Below are positions 28,119 to 37,725 of a stretch of DNA of 64,000 nucleotides, piece after piece. This stretch comes from a bacterium. GTDB taxonomy: Bacteria > Bdellovibrionota_C > UBA2361 > CALJRW01. The stretch spans positions 54,940 through 118,939 of the forward strand of contig JANNBC010000025.1 in the NCBI GenBank assembly GCA_031385045.1. The letters are read 5' to 3'. The notes beneath the pieces are model-generated. The model was not told the DNA's origin and searched no databases. It saw only the letters and a list, made by a program, of their open reading frames with translations. The position numbers and the translations under genes were made by a program. Position 1 is the first letter of the stretch. Each line of letters opens with the position of its first letter.

Positions 28119-28568
28119 TTAATATCTAGAATTTCCACCACGGTCACCACCGCGACCGCCACCGCCACCGCCGCGAGAACCGCCACGGTCTCCGCCACGA
28201 TCGCCGCCACGGCCACCGCCGCCGCCAGAACCGCCACCACGGTAACCACCGCCGCCACCGCGACTGTCGCCACCACGGCCACCACCACCACCGCCACCGA
28301 ATGAGCGACGAGGACGGTTTTCACCTTCTTCACGAGGACGAGCTTCGTTTACTGTAATGTTACGGCCTTCAACTTCTACACCGTTCATAGCTTCGATTGC
28401 TGCTTCCATTTGGTCATCAGGAACTTCAACAAATCCAAAACCGCGAGAGCGATCTGAGAATTTATCTACGATGACGTTAGCTGAAGAGGGATTGAACTCT
28501 TCGAACAAGTCTCTAAGTTGATCCGAGTCAACTGAATGAGGCAAGTTTCCAATAAATAGTTTTTTCAT
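28119..28568 (-). CDS. RRM RNA-binding protein with Gly/Arg (RGG) tail
   Basis: RNP2 LFIGNL, RNP1 RGFGFVE, VNEARPRE, long GGRGG tail. Confidence 0.95.
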   Translation of the reverse strand: MKKLFIGNLPHSVDSDQLRDLFEEFNPSSANVIVDKFSDRSRGFGFVEVPDDQMEAAIEAMNGVEVEGRNITVNEARPREEGENRPRRSFGGGGGGGRGGDSRGGGGGYRGGGSGGGGGRGGDRGGDRGGSRGGGGGGRGGDRGGNSRY

Positions 28569-29021
28569 AATTACTTTTAATTAAATGTTAGACTCTATAC
28601 GATTCTATATCTTGAGAAAAATTCGATATTTATTGGAATTTCCTAGGATCCTGACTAAGCCTGAATGTAATTGATACCAGAGATAAAAGATCTATTCTGA
28701 TGACTGACATTTGTAGCGAATAAGGGACTGATAAAGAACAGTAAAAAGTGTTTCTATGGACAAGTATACTATTAACTAATTCAGTAGTCAATTTACTGAA
28801 TATTAATAGTAAGATAGTAGTCTTAGGAAATGTTTCTATTGGATAAACTGGGGTAGTTTACTTCGCTGAACCAAGTAGCTATCTTTGCTAATAACTGGTT
28901 AATTTCATTAAAATAGCTAGTTCAATGCGTACTTTTGATAGTTTTAGAGAAATTACCTATATATCCTAAGGGAGTCTTTTACATAGACTCTTTTCTTTAC
29001 CTTATTTACCGGAACTTACGT

Positions 29022-29699
29022 TTGAAAATATTTAATTTGATCTTTGCCGTTCTTTTAGCAAATCTGACTTATGCTGAGTCATTTATTTGTAATAAAGACG
29101 TAACGGATGGCAATTCTCGCTTGGAATCCCTACAGAAATCCTATCAAAATGTTTTGACTTTAGAGGCAGACTTTACTCAAAGATCCTATCTTTCCGCATT
29201 ACAAGTAGAAGAGCAAAGCTCTGGTCGTTTGTGGCTGGAAAAACCAGGCCTGATGAAATGGCATTACCAGCAACCAGAGGAGTATTATTATTTAATTAAA
29301 GAGCAAACATTTACCCAATACTTGCCACTTGATCAGCAGGTCACTATTAACAATTTCGGAGAAGTGACTTTGTCTGATTTACCAACAAGTTTTCTAATGG
29401 GGCTAGGTGAACTTAAGCAGGACTTTAACTTGGATCGAGCTTGTTGGAATTCAAATCAAGAAATTATCTTATCCATGTCACCTAAGGAACGGAAGACACA
29501 AGATGCCGGACTTTCCAAGTTGAACCTATTGGTGAAAAAAACAGATTCTTCTTTGATCGGAGCACAGATTATAGATTTGACGGATAATGTCACAGAGATT
29601 AAATTATCTGAGTTGAAGATTAATCAAGATTTTAAAGCTAGCATCTTCACATTAAATTACCCTAACGATACTTTCATTAATGACAACCGAGCAAAATAA
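29022..29699 (+). CDS. lolA: outer-membrane lipoprotein carrier LolA family
   Basis: ADFTQ, SGRLWLEKPGLMKWHY..P. TTG at 29022 gives a clean signal peptide (track ORF starts at 28935). Confidence 0.8.
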   Translation: MKIFNLIFAVLLANLTYAESFICNKDVTDGNSRLESLQKSYQNVLTLEADFTQRSYLSALQVEEQSSGRLWLEKPGLMKWHYQQPEEYYYLIKEQTFTQYLPLDQQVTINNFGEVTLSDLPTSFLMGLGELKQDFNLDRACWNSNQEIILSMSPKERKTQDAGLSKLNLLVKKTDSSLIGAQIIDLTDNVTEIKLSELKINQDFKASIFTLNYPNDTFINDNRAK

Positions 29700-30453
29700 A
29701 AAATTTCCTAGAATTGGTATTTTTATTATCAATTATAATGCTGTAAATTTGTTAACAAAAACTATCTCTCGTATTCCGAAGGAGCTTTACGATCAAGTAG
29801 AAGAGATTTATGTGATCGATGATTGCAGTAAGGATAATTCCTATTACGCGGCCTTAGGATATAAATTAGAGCATCAAATAGATAAGTTAACGGTGATGCG
29901 AAATGAGACTAATCAGGGTTACGGTGGAAATCAGAAGAAGGGTTATCAGTATGCCATTGATCGTGGCCTTGATATTGTAGCCTTAGTTCATGGAGATGGG
30001 CAGTATGCTCCTGAGGTGTTAGGAGATCTTTTGGAACCATTAATCAAAAAGCAAGCTGCCGCAGTTTTTGGTTCTCGAATGTCAACTGCTGGTGCGGCGC
30101 TTAAGGGTGGCATGCCTTATTATAAGTATGTTGGAAATAAGATTTTAACCAACATTCAAAATAAACTATCCGGTTTAAATTTAAGTGAATATCATTCGGG
30201 TTATCGTCTATATTCAGTCGATGCCTTGAAACAAATCCCGTTTAATGGTTTTACTAATAACTGGCATTTTGATACTCAAATTTTATTATCGATTGCTGAG
30301 CGAGACCTGTTAATTAAAGAGCTACCGATTCCTACCTATTATGGAGATGAGATCTGTCACGTTAATGGTATTCCTTATGCTTTAAACTGTATAAAAACCA
30401 CTTATCGTTTTTATAAAAACCGTCAAGCAGGCAAATTAACTTACCCAAACTAA
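29680..30453 (+). CDS. GT2 glycosyltransferase, DPM1-like
   Basis: IDDCSKD, NQGYGGNQK, HGDGQY, GSRM, HSGYR, IPTYYGDEI. Confidence 0.88.
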   Translation: MTTEQNKKFPRIGIFIINYNAVNLLTKTISRIPKELYDQVEEIYVIDDCSKDNSYYAALGYKLEHQIDKLTVMRNETNQGYGGNQKKGYQYAIDRGLDIVALVHGDGQYAPEVLGDLLEPLIKKQAAAVFGSRMSTAGAALKGGMPYYKYVGNKILTNIQNKLSGLNLSEYHSGYRLYSVDALKQIPFNGFTNNWHFDTQILLSIAERDLLIKELPIPTYYGDEICHVNGIPYALNCIKTTYRFYKNRQAGKLTYPN

Positions 30454-30550
30454 TCTGCATTATTCCACGTTGCCGCGCTTTTTCTGTTGCCTAATATCCC
30501 AAGCTTATTTAAGCTAATGTTTTGATTCAATTAAGAAGGATTTATCAGAC

Positions 30551-31279
30551 GTGAATAATTATAATCTTGAAATTTTAAATCCTGCGGATTTTGATCCTGC
30601 AGTAGCTGATGAAATCATTGCTGCGATGAATGATTGTATTAGTGAAAAAGATGTTTGCAATTTAGTTTTAGCTGGGGGCAAGACTCCGGCTGGTATTTAT
30701 CGTTTGCTATCAAGGCCTCCTCGGTCTCAAAGTGTGGATTGGTCGAAGGTTCGTATCTTTTGGAGTGATGAACGGTTTGTTCCACTAGAAAGTCATAGTA
30801 GTAATTTTAATTTGGTTTCGGAAACTTTATTGACTAATGTAAAGATTCCTGGCGCAAATATTTTTTCATTTAATACCAGTCTTGCTTCGGCTCGCGAAGT
30901 TGCAGAAGACTTTTCTAAGCGAGCGCGTGAACTATTTGCTTTGTCGGCAGGAGAGTTACCAGTCTTTGATATCGTATTATTAGGTGTGGGCGAAGACGGC
31001 CATACTGCTTCTATTTTCCCAGGGGATCCTGTTGCTCAATCTGCGAAGGAGATTGCTATTGCCGTGGATAATGGCACAGAGATTAAGGATCGTATCAGTT
31101 TAACCTTGGGGACATTAAGTCAGAGCCAAAGAATTTATTTTATTGTTCGAGGGAAGAACAAGGCGGATATTGTGAAAGAAGTTTTGCAGAAAGATAATTA
31201 TCCAGCATCTTTCTTTAAACAGTCCTCGGCTAAAGTAACCTGGTTTTTGGATGCCGAAGCGGCCTCTGATTTACCTTAA
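30551..31279 (+). CDS. pgl: 6-phosphogluconolactonase
   Basis: LAGGKTP, DERFVP, LGVGEDGHTASIFP. Confidence 0.92.
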   Translation: MNNYNLEILNPADFDPAVADEIIAAMNDCISEKDVCNLVLAGGKTPAGIYRLLSRPPRSQSVDWSKVRIFWSDERFVPLESHSSNFNLVSETLLTNVKIPGANIFSFNTSLASAREVAEDFSKRARELFALSAGELPVFDIVLLGVGEDGHTASIFPGDPVAQSAKEIAIAVDNGTEIKDRISLTLGTLSQSQRIYFIVRGKNKADIVKEVLQKDNYPASFFKQSSAKVTWFLDAEAASDLP

Positions 31280-31291
31280 AAATTATCATTC

Positions 31292-31873
31292 ATGAAAAAA
31301 TTATCATTCCTTATTATCTTATTTGTTAGCTTTAACTGCTTTGCTTCTGATAATCCTGAGGCTCGAGTGGAAGCGATGATCACCCGTGTTAAGCAAGAAA
31401 AATCAATGCAACCAACATTAGACTTTGTACATTGGGAAACTGCTTTTAAGGAGCTTGGCGCAGAAGAAAAAAAAATGTTTGGTGTGACATCTCCCGATGA
31501 ATTGAAGTTAAAGCTTTCTGGGTTCTTAAGAGATCCTAGTTTGTTTATTAAGCAACAATTAAAGATTCAATTAGGTGCTCAAAATTTACCGCCAGAGCAA
31601 ATGCAGATGTTTGAGTCAATTATGGAATCACAAATTTCTGGAATCAAACAACAGATGGATTCAGAGATTAGTCGTTTGATTAATTCTCAGCATGTAATTC
31701 ATGGTAGTAACATTATTGGAAATCTAGCCACTGTCGACGTGGAATTTATTTCACCAACAGCGACTAGTCGTGATAATCTTAATCTGCATTTAGTTGACGA
31801 TCAGTGGTGGATCTCTTTAAAGGAATTACAAAATAAAAGTAGTCTGGGCGCTGGAAATGCGTTAGCTAAATAG
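31292..31873 (+). CDS. exported hypothetical protein
   Basis: Signal peptide MKKLSF...CFA; C-terminal L..VDDQWWI resembles an NTF2-like end. Confidence 0.65.
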   Translation: MKKLSFLIILFVSFNCFASDNPEARVEAMITRVKQEKSMQPTLDFVHWETAFKELGAEEKKMFGVTSPDELKLKLSGFLRDPSLFIKQQLKIQLGAQNLPPEQMQMFESIMESQISGIKQQMDSEISRLINSQHVIHGSNIIGNLATVDVEFISPTATSRDNLNLHLVDDQWWISLKELQNKSSLGAGNALAK

Positions 31874-31925
31874 ATTTCACAAAGAAAATATTCTTTATTT
31901 TGATCACTAAATTTCAAGCTGTTTT

Positions 31926-32681
31926 ATGAAAGTTGCAATCATCTCCTCAGGAAGTAAGGCAAACTGTGCCTATATAGAACATGATGGGGAAGCAATTTTA
32001 ATTGATTGTGGACTTACTGCCAAAGAGTGTCGCCGAAGATTAGATGAACTTAAAATTGATGCCTGTAAAATAAAAGCAATCCTTCTAACACATGAACACA
32101 GTGATCATTTACGTGGAGTCTCTGTACTTAGTCGGCAGTTATCTGTTCCAGTTTTTGCTAATCTTAGTACAGGCAAGTTTGTCCAAAATGTATATGCCCT
32201 AGAAAATTTTATGACTGGAGAAGATTTTCAGTATAAAAATTTTGAAATTTATCCTTTTAGTGTCGTTCATGATGCGGTGGATCCTGTTGGATTCTCAATT
32301 ATTGCTGGTAACTCCAAATATACTCAAGCGACAGATTTGGGAAGAGTCACGAATATTGTTAAGCAGGCCGCTAAAGACAGTGATTTTTTATTACTAGAAT
32401 CTAATTATGATCAGCAGATGCTTCAAGATTGTCAGTATCCCTGGCAATTAAAACAAAGAATTAGTTCTGCTCATGGACATTTGAGCAATGAGGATGCTTC
32501 ATTGTTTTTATCCGAATTACAGGCTCCTAACCTAAAGCACGTTGTTTTAGGTCATTTAAGTGAAAATAGTAATCAGCCTAATTTGGCAATAAAAGCCGCC
32601 TCTGAGTTTAATGATTTAGGCAAGTATCATAGTTTCTTGTGTGGAACGATTGCTAATAGCCTAGATTTAGTCACTTTTTAG
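31926..32681 (+). CDS. MBL-fold hydrolase, YycJ/WalJ-like
   Basis: SSGSKAN, THEHSDH, HDA, TDLG, LESNYD, GHLSN, HLSENSN. Confidence 0.9.
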   Translation: MKVAIISSGSKANCAYIEHDGEAILIDCGLTAKECRRRLDELKIDACKIKAILLTHEHSDHLRGVSVLSRQLSVPVFANLSTGKFVQNVYALENFMTGEDFQYKNFEIYPFSVVHDAVDPVGFSIIAGNSKYTQATDLGRVTNIVKQAAKDSDFLLLESNYDQQMLQDCQYPWQLKQRISSAHGHLSNEDASLFLSELQAPNLKHVVLGHLSENSNQPNLAIKAASEFNDLGKYHSFLCGTIANSLDLVTF

Positions 32682-32723
32682 CAGAAGCTAATTACTCTAT
32701 AATCGCATCTATAAACTAATTAA

Positions 32724-33761
32724 TTGCTTTTTATATCTTTACGTATGAATTCTAGTTTGGATAAAACTACCTTAACCAGCAGTCCGATTCATCTCAGTCG
32801 TTTTGATTTAATTAAAACTTTGGGAGAAGGAGCTGTTGGAGCTGTCTATCTAGTCCGTGACCGAGAACGAGGCAATCAAGAAGTTGCTCTTAAGACTTTA
32901 GTCAATGAAATTGATTTAGATGAAAATACCTATCAACGTTTCCGTCAGGAAATAAAAATCTTACAAGAGCTGGATCATCCTAATGTGATTAAAGCCTATG
33001 ATATAATCGAGAGTGATAGCTATCTATCTTACACCATGGAATATATTAATGGTTCTGATTTAGGTCAGATCTATACTAATCATAGCTTTAGTGAAATTGA
33101 AGTGGAGAGCATTGTTGCTCAGTTATTATCAGCTTTATCTGCTTTGCATAATAAAGGAATTTGGCACCGAGATATTAAGTTAGAAAATATCATGCTGACC
33201 AAGGAAGGAGTGGTTAAATTAGCGGATTTAGGTTTAGTGAAAAATGAATTTAATAAATCCTTTACTAGAACAGGAGTTTTACTAGGCACTGCCCAGTATA
33301 TGCCACCAGAGTATGTGAAAGAGTCCCAATATGATGCCCGTGGGGATATCTATGCTGTGGGTGTGGTTCTTTTTGAAATGTTATCAAATAAAAGAAGATT
33401 TCCGAATCTGCCAGGTAATAAAATTGTGGAAAAGCTTTTTAGTTGCGGATTTAAAATACCCGAAGATGATCTGCTCACCTTCAGTGATAAACAAAAATAC
33501 ATTATTACTAAGGCAACTAACCCCAATATTTTACAGCGCTATCAGACAGCTGAGGAGATGATTATTGATTTGGAAAGTAAAGATCTTGGAGATAAGTTAA
33601 AGGACTCTAAGATTACTGGTACTCAAGTAAAATCAACAGTTAATTTTCAGCATTTGCAGGGTTTGAAAAAGAAAAAAAATAAATCTTCGCTGAAGTATGT
33701 GCTGATTAGTTTAGTCTCGCTGTTAGTAATTATTGTTTTTGTGTTGCTTTCTTTAAAATAG
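32724..33761 (+). CDS. Hanks-type Ser/Thr protein kinase with C-terminal TM anchor
   Basis: LGEGAVG, VALK, HRDIKLEN, DLG, GTAQYMPPE, DIYAVG. Confidence 0.9.
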   Translation: MLFISLRMNSSLDKTTLTSSPIHLSRFDLIKTLGEGAVGAVYLVRDRERGNQEVALKTLVNEIDLDENTYQRFRQEIKILQELDHPNVIKAYDIIESDSYLSYTMEYINGSDLGQIYTNHSFSEIEVESIVAQLLSALSALHNKGIWHRDIKLENIMLTKEGVVKLADLGLVKNEFNKSFTRTGVLLGTAQYMPPEYVKESQYDARGDIYAVGVVLFEMLSNKRRFPNLPGNKIVEKLFSCGFKIPEDDLLTFSDKQKYIITKATNPNILQRYQTAEEMIIDLESKDLGDKLKDSKITGTQVKSTVNFQHLQGLKKKKNKSSLKYVLISLVSLLVIIVFVLLSLK

Positions 33762-33780
33762 CCGAAATTCTCTTGGTTGT

Positions 33781-34230
33781 TTAGGTAATCCGAGCTAGGT
33801 AGTGTCCAATAATACTCGCCCATGGAAGTAAGGCACAGGTGTAGTAAATACCTAGAGCAAAAACAAAGAAGGGGCGAATTAATCTCATTTTGTTAGATTG
33901 AAAAGTAAGAAACAAGATTGCTAAGATTGCTAAACTTTTAGCAATAATAATGGAACCTACTGGGCCAAAAAGATAAATTGCCTCTCGGATGAAAGCATTT
34001 CCTTCTGAATGATTTCCCAGAAACCCAAGTCCTAGTAGGGTAAAGAAACCATCAACGATTTGACTAAACATTAGTAAGGTCGCAATTATAATAATCTCAT
34101 TATTAACTGCAGATAATTTAGGAAATAGGATAAAAAAGTGTTGGTTATTAACAGAAAAATGATTAAACTTCGGAGAGGTTCTGTTACAAAATTTATTAGC
34201 TGAGGAAGCACTGGTGACTAACTGATTCAT
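33781..34230 (-). CDS. membrane protein, DUF5658-like
   Basis: QIVDGFFT..G...EGN and a K within TM segments. Confidence 0.6.
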   Translation of the reverse strand: MNQLVTSASSANKFCNRTSPKFNHFSVNNQHFFILFPKLSAVNNEIIIIATLLMFSQIVDGFFTLLGLGFLGNHSEGNAFIREAIYLFGPVGSIIIAKSLAILAILFLTFQSNKMRLIRPFFVFALGIYYTCALLPWASIIGHYLARIT

Positions 34231-34310
34231 TGTGTTTAACCCTTTTATTTAACCTTACCTTACTCTGACGTTGTTTAGTACCAATCATGACTAATTGATA
34301 AAATGCTTCT

Positions 34311-35702
34311 ATGAATTTACAAACACCCAGTGATTCTGCTCATCCTCAAGCTGAAATTAGTTGCTTTGATTTTCTAAAGGCAATTGATTTTGATAGATTT
34401 AAAGCGGGCAAAGTGGCTTTTTTGGCGGAAGGCGTGGATTTAGTGGCACAATATCTACCTGAAAACGGCGCTGTCTTTTCTCCTAGGCCAGCCTTATTGC
34501 CCTTAAACTTAGAAGTTCGAGTTGAGGAACGCCAAACATTAGTTCTAGATATTGGTGGTACAAGCACCAAGGCTGCGATTCGTTATGTCAAAGACAATCA
34601 ATATCATTGGAAAAGTTTATTTGAAATTAAGAATGTCGATCTACAGTTATCATGCAAAAATCCGAGACAGGCTAGCTTTTCAGATTATTGCCATGTTCTG
34701 GCTGATGAAATTTCCAGTAAATTAGGCGATTTAAACCTAAAAAAAGAGTTTGCTCTAGGGGTTGTTTGGTCTAATGGCTTAGAAAATTATTTTCTAGCAG
34801 AAAGCTGGGGAATCGGAGCAAGGGTTTTTAACCGCAAAAACTATGCCAAAAATGAATGGTTTATTCAAAATCTAAAAGAAGCGGAAGATCTGACACCAAG
34901 CTTTTTATCTGCTTTTGAGGGAAAGGGCTTAGCTATCGATCAATTTGTTATTACTAATGATACTCCGGCTACACTTAAAGCTCAAATTGGCGCACAAGCA
35001 GGGATGGTTTTATCTACGGGATTAAATATTACTGTTTTACTAAAGCCACAGATTTTAGGTATTGAATCGGCAGAGCCATTTATTATCTGCAATTCGGAAA
35101 TTGGTAATAGTGTCTTAGTTGGAAAACATTTTGCAACTGAGGCCGATTTACTGCCGGCTGGGAAAGCTGATACAATTGAGCATTTTGCCAGTGGTAAATA
35201 TTTCCCGATTCTATTTCAAAGTTATCTCTTAGCCGCCGCAAAATTTGGATGTAAAAGCTTGCAATCATTGGCTGAATATTTAGAGAAAATCCCTGATAGT
35301 CTTAGCTTAATTCGTAGTCGAGATCTAAAGGATATAGTTAACGGAACTAATGAATATTTGGATGATTCTCCATTGAAGGACTATCTCTTAGAACCTAAAA
35401 CTAAACAAGCTTTGGCTGAAATTGCCATGTCCTTAATTGAAAGATCTGCGACTATTGGCGCGATGCTTGGCGCAATCTCAGTGGCAAATATTTTAGATGT
35501 TTATCCGCGACCATTGATTGCTTTTGATAGTCGCTTAGCAAGAGAGATGCCTATTTTCTGGGAAGTTTATCAACAAGAATTAAGTAGTTGCTTACCGGAA
35601 GCCAGAGCTATGCTACTCGCACCAATAAAAATATCGGAGAGCCAAGAAATATCTGTACCAACTCAAGGCTTAGCGAACACACTTGATTCATTAAAAGTTT
35701 AG
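34311..35702 (+). CDS. hexokinase family protein (eukaryote-type Hexokinase_1/2 fold), divergent
   Basis: LVLDIGGTS, ITNDTPATL, GMVLSTGLN, CNSEIG, E..ASGKYF, ERSA. Confidence 0.7.
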   Translation: MNLQTPSDSAHPQAEISCFDFLKAIDFDRFKAGKVAFLAEGVDLVAQYLPENGAVFSPRPALLPLNLEVRVEERQTLVLDIGGTSTKAAIRYVKDNQYHWKSLFEIKNVDLQLSCKNPRQASFSDYCHVLADEISSKLGDLNLKKEFALGVVWSNGLENYFLAESWGIGARVFNRKNYAKNEWFIQNLKEAEDLTPSFLSAFEGKGLAIDQFVITNDTPATLKAQIGAQAGMVLSTGLNITVLLKPQILGIESAEPFIICNSEIGNSVLVGKHFATEADLLPAGKADTIEHFASGKYFPILFQSYLLAAAKFGCKSLQSLAEYLEKIPDSLSLIRSRDLKDIVNGTNEYLDDSPLKDYLLEPKTKQALAEIAMSLIERSATIGAMLGAISVANILDVYPRPLIAFDSRLAREMPIFWEVYQQELSSCLPEARAMLLAPIKISESQEISVPTQGLANTLDSLKV

Positions 35703-35717
35703 CAGCTTTGGAGTTGA

Positions 35718-37721
35718 TTACTTACTGACTAATTTCCAAAGGTCTAGAACTTCGCCAACAGTCCAAGCCTGCGCTGGACAACCACGTGATTTATGGGGAG
35801 AGTCCCCATCAAAGATTTCTGAAAGGCTAGCTATTCCTGCTACCTCTAGATTAGTACAAAGTTCTTCCAGGATATTTTTCAGCTCTATTTTTTTCTCAGC
35901 GCCATATGTATTTAAGATTGCCCGACAGTAGGGGCCAATTAACCATCCCCAAACAGTTCCTTGGTGGTAGCTGGCATCACGACTAACTACATCACCAAAA
36001 TATGCACCACGATAATTTAAGTCCTCGGGAGAAAGAGTTCTTAGGCCATAGGGTGTTAGTAGTTTATTCTTTACCACGATTAGAATCTTCTTTGCTAAAT
36101 CCGTCTTAACTGGGGAAAAATCTAAACTAATGGCAATGACTTGATTAGGGCGAAGGCTAGCATCTTTAAGATCCTCGCGAACAACATCATACAAATATTG
36201 TCCATGCTCAAACCAGAAAGTAGGGATAAAGTTTTTTTCAAAAAGCTCGGCATTTAGTTGATAGCTTTTGGCTAACTTGGAATCACCTAGCTTGCGCTCC
36301 AACAGTTCGGCAATCTTTAAAGCATTATACCAAAGGGCATTTATTTCCACTGCCTTGCCAAAACGAGGGGTAACAACCCACTCTCCAACCTTGGCATCCA
36401 TCCAAGTTAATTGGGAACTTGGATTACCTGAATTTAAAAGTCCATCAGTATCTAATTTTATATTGTTAATTGTACCTAAGCTGAAGGCTTCAATAATCTG
36501 GCGGATGATTAATAAGGCATTTTGCTTGATCCATTTTTTATCACCAGTATTTTTATAAATTTGATAAATGGCGTTGATATACCAAAGAGAGGCATCAACA
36601 GAGTTGTATTCAACTTCTTGATTCTCTTTAATACGGTTTGGAATTAATCCATACTTCATTTTACTAGCAAAGTAGTTTAGTACTAATTTTGCATCATTGC
36701 TTCGTCCTGAGGCTAGGCATAGGCCAGGGAGAGCAATCATGGCATCTCGTCCCCAGTCTGTGAACCACGGATATCCCGCTAGGATTGTTCGGCTCTGATT
36801 CTCAGGTTCTGATTTAGGGTGGACTAAAAATTGATCTGCTGCTTGGATTAGCTTGGCTCCCAGAGAATCGTTAACCTTAGAAATCTTAATTAATTTTTTT
36901 AATCGATCTGCTTGATTTTGAATTAATAATTCAGGAGCAAGATTTAATTGATTATATGTATCGGAGTAGATCAAAGATGCTTTCTGATCTTTAAATTCTA
37001 AGTTCCAGTAACCAAAGCTACAAAGATCTTCTAAGAAGTCATAGCCTCGATTATCTTCATGATAATATTTTAGATTTTCAATCCATCTCGGTTGGTACTG
37101 AAATTGGCCTAAAGAGACTTTTGTAATAATTTCTGGGAGATTTGCTTTGGGCTGAATAGTTAGCGTTTGCTCTTCTAGCTGATAATCAAAATTTATTGAC
37201 TCACTTTTTTTCTGTAGCTTATGATAGGAACGGGCAGCGATTAGTGGCTCCACCTGTAACTTAATTGCCTCAGGCGTATTACTACTGATTATTTGGTAAT
37301 TAATTAAGGTTGTGTTCTGATTTTGAATCATCAAGACTGTCTTGCTTAATTTAATTTGATGCTCTTGGTTATTTATTTCATATATAAATGTGGCAAATGG
37401 GGACTTTTGAAACTCTTTTAAATATTGAAAGCCATGAGGAGCTACGGCATCATTAAAATTAATTGTGGATAGATTGTAGGAGGAATTTCCAACTAAAAGA
37501 ATCTCCAATTGGTTGGCAACTAACACGCTTCGCTCTCCTAATTGCTCAGTGGCAGCGACTAATAGTCCGTGATAACGTCGAGTACTGGTGCCTAAGATTG
37601 TCGACCCCGACCAACCTCCAATTCCATTGGTTTCTAACCATTCTAGTTGAATACTTTTTTGGTAATCAGCAATGTTGGCAATTTGATAATTTATTTCTGG
37701 TAATTTTTTTCTGAAAAACAC
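35718..37721 (-). CDS. glycogen debranching enzyme (amylo-alpha-1,6-glucosidase)
   Basis: EWLETNGIGG, TRRYHGLL, AGYPWFTDWGRD, LTWMDA, YHQGTVW, QAWTVGE. Confidence 0.92.
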   Translation of the reverse strand: MFFRKKLPEINYQIANIADYQKSIQLEWLETNGIGGWSGSTILGTSTRRYHGLLVAATEQLGERSVLVANQLEILLVGNSSYNLSTINFNDAVAPHGFQYLKEFQKSPFATFIYEINNQEHQIKLSKTVLMIQNQNTTLINYQIISSNTPEAIKLQVEPLIAARSYHKLQKKSESINFDYQLEEQTLTIQPKANLPEIITKVSLGQFQYQPRWIENLKYYHEDNRGYDFLEDLCSFGYWNLEFKDQKASLIYSDTYNQLNLAPELLIQNQADRLKKLIKISKVNDSLGAKLIQAADQFLVHPKSEPENQSRTILAGYPWFTDWGRDAMIALPGLCLASGRSNDAKLVLNYFASKMKYGLIPNRIKENQEVEYNSVDASLWYINAIYQIYKNTGDKKWIKQNALLIIRQIIEAFSLGTINNIKLDTDGLLNSGNPSSQLTWMDAKVGEWVVTPRFGKAVEINALWYNALKIAELLERKLGDSKLAKSYQLNAELFEKNFIPTFWFEHGQYLYDVVREDLKDASLRPNQVIAISLDFSPVKTDLAKKILIVVKNKLLTPYGLRTLSPEDLNYRGAYFGDVVSRDASYHQGTVWGWLIGPYCRAILNTYGAEKKIELKNILEELCTNLEVAGIASLSEIFDGDSPHKSRGCPAQAWTVGEVLDLWKLVSK

Positions 37722-37725
37722 TTTA

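Noticed and set aside
28130..28300. GC-rich ccgcca repeats as a CRISPR array or VNTR
   Set aside because: No repeat-spacer periodicity; fully explained by the Gly/Arg codons.
28100..28333. Ala/Val-rich and Thr/Ala-rich ORFs (28100-28333 minus, 28107-28304 plus)
   Set aside because: Alternate-frame shadows of the Gly-codon repeats of the RRM gene.
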